Shown in pieces: positions 18,860 through 29,000 of a DNA stretch of 64,000 nucleotides; the stretch's first letter is position 1, and each line of letters begins with the position of its first letter. Under the pieces are notes generated by a model. It had not been told where the DNA came from and searched no databases. It saw nothing but the letters and a program-made list of their open reading frames with translations. Made by a program: the position numbers and the translations under genes. Source of the DNA: a bacterium (GTDB lineage Bacteria; Patescibacteriota; Patescibacteriia; JAACEG01; JAGUWE01); the NCBI GenBank assembly GCA_043798995.1, contig JAZDOD010000010.1, positions 845 through 64,844 of the forward strand. Reading direction: 5' to 3'.

Positions 18860-19615
18860 ATGACCCTTATTTTTATCTTTCTTTTCGGCCTGATTATCGG
18901 CAGTTTTCTTAACTGCCTGATTTGGCGGACTTACCAAGGAAAGTCGTTTATAAAGGGCCGCTCAATTTGTCCCAAGTGCCGTCATCAACTTGCTTGGCAA
19001 GACAATATCCCTATTTTAAGTTTTATAATGTTAAGCGGCAAATGCCGCTGGTGTGGCAAACCAATTTCCTGGCAGTATCCCTTAGTGGAATTGGCTACGG
19101 CTATTTTATTTGTTTTGGCGTATTTTGTTGAATTGCGGGTTGCGGGTTGCGGGTTGCGGGTTTTAGCGATAGCTCGCGATTGGTTTTTTATCGCCGTTTT
19201 AATCATTATTTTTGTCCAGGATTTGCGCTGGCAGGTGATTTTAGACCGAATAACTTTGCCGGCCATGGCGGCTGCTTTACTTTTTAATTTAATCTTGGGT
19301 TTTTCTTTAGGAAATCTTTTAATTTCTGCTATAATAGGAGGTAGTTTTTTTGCTATCCAATATCTGGTTTCCCGCGGCCGCTGGATTGGAGGAGGGGATA
19401 TTAGAATGGGGGCGTTAATGGGTCTGATGCTGGGCTGGTCGGTTCTTTTAGCCATTATGTTTGGCTATTGGCTGGGGGCGATCGCGGGAATTTATTTAAT
19501 TCTTAGCGGCCAAAAGAAATTTTCAAGTAAAATCCCGCTTGGCACTTTTTTGGCAATCGGCACAATTGCGGCACTTTTTTGGGGAGAGGCAATATTAGAA
19601 ATTTTTAATTTCTAA
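18860..19615 (+). CDS. pilD: Prepilin peptidase PilD
   Basis: GSFLNCLIWR, RSICPKC, GKCRWC, YPLVEL, IGGGD, IPLGTFL. Confidence 0.93.
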   Translation: MTLIFIFLFGLIIGSFLNCLIWRTYQGKSFIKGRSICPKCRHQLAWQDNIPILSFIMLSGKCRWCGKPISWQYPLVELATAILFVLAYFVELRVAGCGLRVLAIARDWFFIAVLIIIFVQDLRWQVILDRITLPAMAAALLFNLILGFSLGNLLISAIIGGSFFAIQYLVSRGRWIGGGDIRMGALMGLMLGWSVLLAIMFGYWLGAIAGIYLILSGQKKFSSKIPLGTFLAIGTIAALFWGEAILEIFNF

Positions 19616-19620
19616 ATTCA

Positions 19621-20274
19621 ATGAAAATTAAAAAATGCCTGCCTGCCGGCGAGGCAGGGAAATTGAAACAAAATTTTGGTTTCACCATTATTGATCTTTT
19701 GGTTTCTATGGCTATTATGACGCTTTTAACTCTAACCTCGATAATAAGTTTTAGACAGGCCGAGCGAAACCAAAATTTAAACAACGCCGCTGAAATTTTA
19801 GCTAGTCAAATTAGAGAGCTTGAAAACATGGCCATTACGGGCAAAGAAGCTCAAGCTGGCCAAGTGCCAGCCGGTGGTTATGGTATTCACTTTGAAAAGA
19901 CCGTAGAGAATATTTTTTATTTCTTTTTTGCTGATATGGATCGCGATTTATTATATAAAACTTCAATCCCGGCAGATCTCGTGCCTTATTTTTCAACCTC
20001 TGATCGCGAGATCGAATTAAAAAAGAAATATTCTCCGCACCCGGATATTATTATTTCTGAGATTAATATTAATGGTCTACCAGTTAATTGGGGGGAAACC
20101 CTATCTCTAGACATAGTTTTCAAAACACCTAATGCTAAGGTTTATGTTAATGGCGAAACAAAAATTAATTTTGTTCTCATTAACTATGTTTCAATTGCTT
20201 TAAAACATACTAAAATTGATAAAACTAAAACTATTAAGATTTATCCTCTTTCGCGGCAGATTAGTGTAGAATAA
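19621..20274 (+). CDS. Minor pilin (FimU/GspH-like)
   Basis: G|FTIIDLLVSMAI prepilin-like segment (Asp at +5), GYGIHF motif. Confidence 0.72.
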   Translation: MKIKKCLPAGEAGKLKQNFGFTIIDLLVSMAIMTLLTLTSIISFRQAERNQNLNNAAEILASQIRELENMAITGKEAQAGQVPAGGYGIHFEKTVENIFYFFFADMDRDLLYKTSIPADLVPYFSTSDREIELKKKYSPHPDIIISEININGLPVNWGETLSLDIVFKTPNAKVYVNGETKINFVLINYVSIALKHTKIDKTKTIKIYPLSRQISVE

Positions 20275-20276
20275 AA

Positions 20277-20728
20277 TTAACTCAAATGTCAAAACTCAAA
20301 ACTCAAAACCACAACTTAAATCTTAAAACTAACGTTAAATACCGTACCTACTATTTTTCTTTAGATGTAATTAAACTTGTTGCTACCCTGCCAAATGAAA
20401 GGATATATTGGATTATTAGTGATCAATTATTGAGATCCGCTACTTCTATTGGAGCTAATATTGTTGAAGCTAAGTCAGCGAGCTCCCGAAGAGATTTTAT
20501 TAAATTTTATGAAATTGCTTTAAAATCTGCTAATGAAACTAAATACTGGTTTTGTCTTCTAAGAGATGGAACCAAAGTTGACAAACAAGGGATAAACAAA
20601 CTTTTAAATGAAGCAGAGGAAATATCAAGAATGATAGGATCAAGTTTACTTACACTTAAAAATAAAAGATAAGAAGTTTAAAGGTTTTAACATTTAATTT
20701 TGACATTTGACTTTTGAGTTTTGAAATT
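20277..20728 (+). mobile_element. Four-helix-bundle cassette 2 with inverted heptamer arms
   Basis: Left AAATGTC AAAACTC AAAACTC AAAACCA..; right ..TTTTGAC ATTTGAC TTTTGAG TTTTGAA. Confidence 0.72.
20286..20672 (+). CDS. Four helix bundle protein
   Basis: QLLRSATSIGANIVEA, SRRDFIKFYEIALKSANETKYW. Confidence 0.92.
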   Translation: MSKLKTQNHNLNLKTNVKYRTYYFSLDVIKLVATLPNERIYWIISDQLLRSATSIGANIVEAKSASSRRDFIKFYEIALKSANETKYWFCLLRDGTKVDKQGINKLLNEAEEISRMIGSSLLTLKNKR

Positions 20729-20776
20729 AGAGGATGAACATAGAGAAAATATTATCAATCAATTTGATTCTCAAAT

Positions 20777-21547
20777 ATGATAAAATTTTATAAGAATAAT
20801 CGTGGTCAAAGTTTGATCGAGCTTTCGGTAGCGATTGGCTTAACCTCTATGGCTCTTTTAGCCATCATAAGTTTGGTTTTGATTGGGATTGTTACCCAAA
20901 GAAAAAGTGCTAATTATTATATTGCTATTAATTTAGCTCGTGAAGCCATTGAAACTGCTCGCAATATACGCGATACTAATTGGCTTATTAGAGAAAAAGA
21001 AATAAAAGATACTGGCGTTGCTACAACGCTTTGGGATAATTATTTATATAACGGAAATATTTACTCTGCTATTTTAAAATTTCTCCCGGAGACCGATTTA
21101 AGCAGTATCCCTAGCAGATTAAATTTTGAATTTATCGATCCAGTAGCGGAAAAAGAGAAAACTATCATTTATGAAAAAAAATTAACGCCAGGCGAGACGA
21201 CTGTTTATTTAGATTATTCTTGTGTTGATTGTCAGAAAACTAATTTTAAGCGCTTAATTCATTTAAAACCTATTTGCAATGGTGATACAGGCTATTCCGG
21301 TAATCACGACGCCTTTTTAGCAGCTAACGGAGCGGATTGTCCCGAGGATACGAGTGTGGCTGGCTGTGAGGTTGTCAATCCTCCTCTTAAACCAGACAAA
21401 ACCTGCAATTTTATCTGTGAAAATAATTGGTTCTGCAATGATCTGGCTCCCAAAATAGGTATTAGGGCGGTGGTGGAAATCAATTGGACCGAAGGCGGGC
21501 GGACCAATAATTTAAAATTAGTTGATGATATTTATAATTGGCGCTAA
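20777..21547 (+). CDS. Minor pilin (PilV-like)
   Basis: RG|QSLIELSVAIG, AINLAREAIETARNIRDTNW. Confidence 0.75.
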   Translation: MIKFYKNNRGQSLIELSVAIGLTSMALLAIISLVLIGIVTQRKSANYYIAINLAREAIETARNIRDTNWLIREKEIKDTGVATTLWDNYLYNGNIYSAILKFLPETDLSSIPSRLNFEFIDPVAEKEKTIIYEKKLTPGETTVYLDYSCVDCQKTNFKRLIHLKPICNGDTGYSGNHDAFLAANGADCPEDTSVAGCEVVNPPLKPDKTCNFICENNWFCNDLAPKIGIRAVVEINWTEGGRTNNLKLVDDIYNWR

Positions 21548-21571
21548 TTAGAATTTAGCCTTTTTTGAATT

Positions 21572-22198
21572 ATGTATTACAAACAAAAACAAGTCGGTTT
21601 TACTTTATTAGAAATGATTGTGGTACTTGGTATTTTTTCCATTGTGGTAGTGGTAATATCCTCAATTTTAAATTCTATATTTTTATCAAGAAAAGTAATT
21701 GTCGCCCGAGAAAAACTACAAAGTGATTCTAACTCAATTATAGAAATTATCAGTAGAGATTTTAGGACCGCTCGTTTATATTACCCCTGGTATAGCGATT
21801 CAAATCCTTTGGCTGGAGAGTTAACCGCCACCAATCCAACGGAAAGTTTGGCCTTAATTGATCAAAATGGCAATATGGTTATTTATCGTAAATCTCAAAA
21901 TCAAGGCAATTGCGGTGAAAGAACTCCGGATGTTTGCTTAGTCGTAGCAGTAGGAACAGAAAGTGAGTTTGGCCTGTTAACTTGGACCAATGTTACGCCC
22001 CAAGATGTTAATTTAGTTGATGTTAAATTTTATCTTGAACCAATTAGAGATCCTTTTGATATCACCAATGGAATTGATAAACAACCATTGGTTGCTATTA
22101 TTTTAAAAACCGAAGCTCAAGCAGGCAACAGCCAAAATAAAGTCAGTGGATTTATCCAAACATCTATTTCTTCGCGTTTTTATCAGGAACGCTACTAA
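21572..22198 (+). CDS. Minor pilin (PilW/GspJ-like)
   Basis: G|FTLLEMIVVLGIF, ISRDFR, C-terminal QTSISSR. Confidence 0.8.
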   Translation: MYYKQKQVGFTLLEMIVVLGIFSIVVVVISSILNSIFLSRKVIVAREKLQSDSNSIIEIISRDFRTARLYYPWYSDSNPLAGELTATNPTESLALIDQNGNMVIYRKSQNQGNCGERTPDVCLVVAVGTESEFGLLTWTNVTPQDVNLVDVKFYLEPIRDPFDITNGIDKQPLVAIILKTEAQAGNSQNKVSGFIQTSISSRFYQERY

Positions 22199-22237
22199 AC
22201 TAACTTTAAAATTCATTCCTTGGTGGATTTGAAATTT

Positions 22238-22268
22238 AAAACCATCCCTTGGATTTAGGGATGGTTTT
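22238..22268. terminator. Bidirectional terminator between convergent genes
   Basis: AAAACCATCCCT-tggattt-AGGGATGGTTTT. Confidence 0.7.
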
Positions 22269-22342
22269 AAATTTGTTTAAGGTTTATAATGAATGATTTT
22301 ATAGAGATGTCTTTAGTGCGGGATTCTGCTTCACCTAGATGA

Positions 22343-22387
22343 CTTGACACCGTGCGAGGCACCACGGGCTTGCCCGCGGTGCTCCAT
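22343..22387 (-). repeat. IS200/IS605-like end hairpin (possible remnant)
   Basis: GCACCACGGG-cttg-CCCGCGGTGC hairpin about 11 nt from TTGAC (GTCAA on the minus strand). Confidence 0.35.
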
Positions 22388-22876
22388 TTAAATCGGTAAA
22401 AGACGGATTTCTTGAGGAGTAATTTCTTCTTTATATTTAATATTTTCGTTGGCGATAATTTCAATTAAATCACCAATTTTTAAGTCCCGAATTTTAATTT
22501 GAGTTATTAGATTGGTAAAAGAAATTTTGTTGCCTTCGGCTTGGGGTAGATTAACGATTTTTTTTATTACTGTTTTGTCAGTAATAATGATTTTTCTTTC
22601 GGTTGGAATTTGAGCAGCTTTGGGATTTTGAGCAGGTAAATACGTTGCTACGGTTAAAGTATTTTTTTCTGCATCAATGGCCGTAATTTTGCCATTGAGC
22701 AGTCGTGTTTCTTCAACAAATTCTTGGGTTTCTTGTTGAGCTTGAATTTGTTCTAAAATGTTCTTTTTTGGTTTAAGAGGCAGGGTTATTTCTTGGCGCC
22801 AGAAATACCAACTTACTGCGCCAGTTATCACAATTATTACCAACACAATGATTAAAATTTTAAGCTTTTTGTTCAT
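22388..22876 (-). CDS. Hypothetical membrane-anchored protein, opposite strand to the pilus operon
   Basis: 162-aa ORF with N-terminal TM; GKITAID..DLKIGDLIEI suggests an OB-like fold. Confidence 0.7.
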   Translation of the reverse strand: MNKKLKILIIVLVIIVITGAVSWYFWRQEITLPLKPKKNILEQIQAQQETQEFVEETRLLNGKITAIDAEKNTLTVATYLPAQNPKAAQIPTERKIIITDKTVIKKIVNLPQAEGNKISFTNLITQIKIRDLKIGDLIEIIANENIKYKEEITPQEIRLLPI

Positions 22877-23093
22877 AATTTTGGAAATTAAATAAATTTT
22901 ATTTTATAAGCGAGATGTTTTTGGGCTCACCCTCACCAAGCAGTAGTCTACCACAGACATTGTTTCGCTAAAACTAGGCGAAGGTGAACAGGCGAAGGCC
23001 TGTGGATAAATTTGCAAAAAGAGTAGGAATTTCTTGTCTCTTATGGTATAATAACTACATTATAATATATTTTAAAATAAAACAAAAGCCAAG

Positions 23094-26000
23094 ATGTCAA
23101 CAAGTAAAAATAAAAACACTTTTTGCTTTTCCCTACTAAAATTTAACCGAATTGTTAAGCCCTTATTAATGACTGGTATTTTTTTATTTTTTCTTTTTCT
23201 AAATTTTTTGCCCTGGCCGGCTAAAGCGGTAGAGATTAGTAATTTTAATCTTTCTCCCGGATGCGATAATAAGACTGATAATCCCGTCAACTGTGTGCCT
23301 GGTCAGATAGTAATAGAAGCGAGATGGGCAGCCCTAGATAATGCACTTTGCCCGACCGTGTCGGAAAATAAATGTTACTATAGAATTTTAAGAAAAGAAA
23401 GCTCGCCCACAGGGAGTTTTGTGACTTTAGTTAGCAACTTAACTTATATAAGCGGTGCTTCGGCAGTTTGGCGAGATACCGGCGGCGGATCTTATCCCCT
23501 GAAAGAAAGAACCAACTACACTTATAAAATAGAAGCTCGTGACGCCAGTGGCGGAACAATTTATGGCACCAGCGGCGAGAAAGAGACAATGAGCAAGGTT
23601 TGCGGCTGCCCGCACCCGTTTGTTTTATATGGAGCCAGTAATGATTGTGACGGCAATATTTCTCAAATCGGATTAAGTTGGCAAGAAACTGCCATTGAAG
23701 TGAGAGACGGGCGTGGGACTTCCATTTTAGCGCCTCACTACGGAATTTATCGTTGGAATGGTCCTTGCAGCAGCTCAAGTTGTTATGACCCTTCTAATGC
23801 AGTCGGATTTATTGATCGAGCCATTGCCTGTCAGGCTGGTAAATGTTTTTTTGTTGACGGCAATAATTCTGCCAAACGGCTCGAATTCAATAAAAGTTAT
23901 TATTATAAAGTAGTAGCTTATAGTGAGGGCGCGGAGAGAGCTTCTGCCAATCAATTAACACCAATAGCTGCTTTTTGTCCTAAACCCGTAATTCCCTCTA
24001 ATAGTGCCACGCCGCCCGGCTTAGAGCTTGACTGTAATCCCCTACAATTGAAATTAAGATGGGATGATTGCGCTGGCGCAACTAATCCTGCGGCCTGTCA
24101 GCAAAGTCGGCTTAACGTCCCTATCTTTTATAATATTTATAAAAATACCAATGAGAATGGCTATATTTGGATTAATTCACTGGCTGCCAATTCTTCCCAA
24201 TCTCCTTGCCAGTGGCAGAGCAACAAATTTAGTTGTCAATTTAGTGACAGCATTAAAAGTAATTTTAGCTATAGTTATTATGTTAAGGCAGCTGGCCAGG
24301 GCTGGACTTTAGACAGCAATTATAGCGAACTACTGACAATAATACCAGGCGCCTGCGCCGTTCAGATTAATCCGCCTGATTATCTATGGGTTACGCCTTT
24401 TTGCGATTCGCTTGATAATAATAAACCCAAGATGACTTTAAGCTGGGGTTACACTGCCACTCCGCCGGCTAATATCAGACGCTATTATATTCATAAATAT
24501 CGTTGCACTAATCCCCCAACTTGTAGCAGCTGGCAAGCCATTACCAAAGACGGGAATACAACTTATTACGATAGTTATAACACTACAGCCGAAGATGTGA
24601 TTTGGGTTGACGGTTCTCAAAGTTATCATACAGTGATTGCCGGTGAAACTTATCGTTATCAAGTGAAAACCGAAACTACCGACGGAGTCAGTAATCCTAC
24701 CCCCCCCAGCACTTCGGTCAAAGCTCGTGAAGATTGCGTTTCGCCGCCTCATACAGCTACTCCGGTTTTAACCTTGGGAGCTAGTTGTTCTAATTTAGCC
24801 CCGGTTATGATCTTAAATTGGACGCCGCCCAAAACCGACGGCAATGGCGACGGCAATAGCGACGGCACTACCGACGATATTTTTGTTTATCATATTTTAA
24901 AAAACGGCGTACTTTATACTGATACCGCCAATTCTGATTCTTATATAGACACATTCAACGTTAGCCCTGGCCAGCCGTATTATTATCAAATTATTGCCGA
25001 TGGGCCAGGCGGCCCAGCGGCTTCCAATCTTACCCCAACGGTAGTTAGCCGAGACGATTGCAATAAACCCACGCCTTTTAAATTAATCACCGTGGCTAAA
25101 AGTTGTCTTCCGCCGAGTCAGCATCAAGTTTATTTGGATTGGCAAAACTCATCTAATCTTAGCCGTTACGAAGTTTTTAGAAAAGCGACCAATAGCCCCC
25201 CTGATTGTACTACCAGCGAAGGGCGACTTTCGGCCGGCCTAATTACCAATCTTAATGTCACTAACTTTACTGATACTGAAAACTTAGTCGAAGGCGCGAC
25301 TTATTATTATTTTATCAGGGCTTCGGTTGACGGCGGCAGCTGTACTTTAGCCACCCTAGCCAGCGGCGTGAGCAATGCCGTGACCATTCCTTATACCACC
25401 CCAGGCCAGCCGAGCGGTCTTGCCGCTACGCCCCAGTGCTTAAATAGCTGGCAAAGCAGTATCCGCCTTACTTGGACAGTTGATCCCGCCGTAGCCAGTT
25501 ATAAGCTCTGTTACAATACTTCGCCGGCGGTGACCGAAGCTAATTGCACCCAGTCCTTACTTTCTACTGGTTCTTATGATTTCACCAATAATGTTACAGT
25601 TGGTCAGAATTATTATTTTGCCATTCAGGCCGATAGCGGTTGTGCCAAAAGTTTGTCAGCCGTGGTGGGGCCAACAACGGCTCGTTGTTGCCCGCCACCA
25701 AGTTTTTCCATAAACGGCACGGCAACCTGCCAATCAACGGCCGCGGCCCAACATACCCTTTCTTGGACTACTCATTCCTCGGCTGAAAGCTATGAGGTTT
25801 TTCAATCAGCCAATAATCTTGACTTTTCTTCTTTAGGTTTGCGGGTTTCACCTTTTAATACCTTAGTTGGCCCAAATAACACCTTTTACTATTTTGTCCG
25901 AGCCAAAGCTACTTGTGGATTAGAATATACTAATTCTAATACTTCTCAACTGGCGATTAATTGTCTTCAGTCCGCCAGTCCAACCTTAACCTTGAGCAGC

Positions 26001-29000
26001 ACCAGTTGTATTGGTGGCTATCCGGCTATTGCCTTTAGCTGGAGCCAATCAGCCAATGCCACTTCTTATAGCATTTATCGCTGCCAAGGAACTAGTTGCC
26101 CGCCCAACACAGAGATTAAAAGCGGTTATAATGGGACAAGCTATAATGACATAGGTGGCGAAGGTCAAGCACCCATAAGCGGCAATCTTTACAGTTATCA
26201 GATTAAAGCCATCAATGCCAATAGTAATAGTTTTAATCTTTCTAATTCTATCCAAAATATTTCAGCGCCTTATTGTCCGCCCGGTCCTTTTATTTTATCT
26301 TCCGCAACTAATTGCGATCCAGTGGCGAATAGGCCGATTTTTAAACTTAAATGGACCAAGGCGGCTGAACCAGCGACTTTGGATAAATATAAAATTTATC
26401 GGGTGACGGGCTTTATTTCCGGCCGAGGGCCAAGCGATCCAGTGGTAGCAGAAAAAGCCGGCACTTTTTTTGACCAATGGTGGACTGATGATACATTTCC
26501 GCCCGGCGAACCAATCAATGACCAAAATTATTCTTATTATGTTGAAGCCGTAGCCAAAAATAATGCCGGTTCTTCCTATTCTAATATTGTCAATTTGAAA
26601 AAGGACTGCCAAGGCCCGACCGGGACTTTGGCTTTAACCGCTAATGCCTCTTGTGATGCCAATGACGATCCTTATGTTGATTTGGACTGGACAATGAGCA
26701 ATTTGACTGATGTGGCCTCTTACAAGCTTTATCGGGGGGGCCAATTAATTTATACCGACGCCACTATTTCGGCCGTGGAAACTTATCCCGATTCCAATAT
26801 CGAAAGCGGTTCTTCTTATAATTATGCGGTGAGGGCGTGCGACCAAAATAATTTATGTACCAGCGATTCGGTCGTCAATAATGTTTCAGCGCCTTATTGC
26901 CCGGTCGGTATTCCGGCTGATTTGCAAGTCGGTGCTATTTGCCAAGAAGTAGATTTGCCCGCGGTTAATTTAAGCTGGCAGCCGGCCAAAAACGCCACCC
27001 AGTACACCGTTGTCAGAAAGATAGGAGGGGTCATTAATAAAACTTACTCGGTTACCGCTACTTCTAAATCAGATAATGAGGTGGTGGGCGGGACAACTTA
27101 TACTTATCAAATCATTGCCAAAAATCCAGCTAATTTGTGTGCTACCAATGATTGTGCCGTTTGTGCTGGCCAATGTTCAACTGTCCAAACCGCCTCGGTG
27201 CCTACTTGCGGGGTTAGTGAGCCGGTTCTTTTTGCTGACAGATATTGTAGCGGAGAAGGAGTGCCGGCTGATTTAAAGTGTTTTAGTCAGGGTGATCAGT
27301 ACGGCACTTATGCTCATTTTTGTTGGACAGCTGACGAATCAGCGGGAGCGCCGCTTTGGTGCCGCCTAGAAAGACAAACTCCTGAAGGCTGGTGGCTGGT
27401 TAAAACCCCGACTTTTCATAGCCAGGGGATATACGATTCTGGTTCTTCTACCGTTGATAATATTGCTACAACTCAAAGGAATAATATTACTAATCGAGCT
27501 TATTCAGCGCTTAGCTTTTATGATTTTTATGAGTCAGTCGTGCTGGGTCGGAGTGGCGTCAGTATGGTTCCTTCGCGCATCCAGCTTCTAGCCGGCATTT
27601 ATCCGGTCGGACCTTATCCTGAAGCTTCCCGGAATGTGACTTTGGACTTTTGGTTTAAAATTGGTCCTTACTCTTGTCTTACTAATAGAGATGATTTATT
27701 TTATTCGTTCCTTTGGAAACATAGCGGCGATCAAACTCAACCAGATTTTAGAATATCTTATAATGCTATTAACAACGGTGGTTATCAAGATGACTTAGTG
27801 ATGCTGAAAACAGATGAACTCGTGATCGTTGCTCCTGAGTCAGAAAGAGCAACTTTAATTAATTATCCAGAGCCAGGAGGCGGTTTAACTTGCGATACTT
27901 GGCATCATTTTCTTTGGACCCAAGACCAGACCTCGGGTCAGACCCAGGTTTATCTTGATAAAACTTTAGCTTACAATGGTCTTTGGGGTAGAAATTTTAC
28001 GAGAAATAATAACTTATATTTTGGTTGCGAATCTTTTTTTATGCCTGGCACAGCTAGTTATTTCCGCGTGCCGGAAACAATTTTTGACGAAATTAAAATC
28101 TGGCCGGACAAGATTATAAATAGCCGCCAAGTCCAAAAACTTTATGATCAAGATTACACCAAGCTAACAACATGGCCGGTTTTAAAAAATGTAATAGCTG
28201 TAACAACCTCCGCCGGCGGTTATCACACCTGCGCCCTTCTTGAAGACAAGACAGTTAAGTGTTGGGGGGAAAATGGCTTTGGCCAGCTCGGCCTTGGTAA
28301 TACTAATAGTCCCCAACTTAACCCAGTTTCAGTTCCTAATTTATCTAATGTCAAAGCCGTCGCCGTCGGCTTTTTTCACACCTGCGCCCTTCTTGAAGAC
28401 AAGACAGTTAAGTGTTGGGGGGAAAATTACTATGGCCAAGTCGGTGATGGTACTACTGTTACTCTCGCATTGAGCCCAGTTTTTGTTCATGATGTTAGTG
28501 TTAGTGGTGTTGTTTGGGCTGATTACCACACTTCTTACGATGATTTTGAGACAATTGAAGGCGGGCAATATAATTATCAGGTGACTTGCGGCTACACTGG
28601 CGGAGCAACCAGAACCACACCGGGTAACTTTGCTTTTCCCTGGTGTCAGCCAGACATTGATTTTCCCCAGACCAATGATTTACAAGGCATTTGTTCTGAT
28701 TGGGCCGATAAAAATAAAAATATAGTTGCTGATCAAACAGCTGATTGTTCCGGCGGTTATTCTGATGATACCGAAGAAATTGCGGAATCCAAGTATCAAC
28801 CTCAAGCTCCCTACGCACTGCTGGCTTGGGATTATTTAGGTGGGGCTGAAACTGTTGAAGTTAAAAGATATCAAGAAGGACAATCTGAAACCGAGGCAAT
28901 TACTTTAGCCAGTTTCTCGGTTGATCCGACTGATCCTAATAAGGCGAGCAGTGATATTCAGTGTCCTGAGGGTCATTGTTACTGCCAAGACCGCAGCGTC

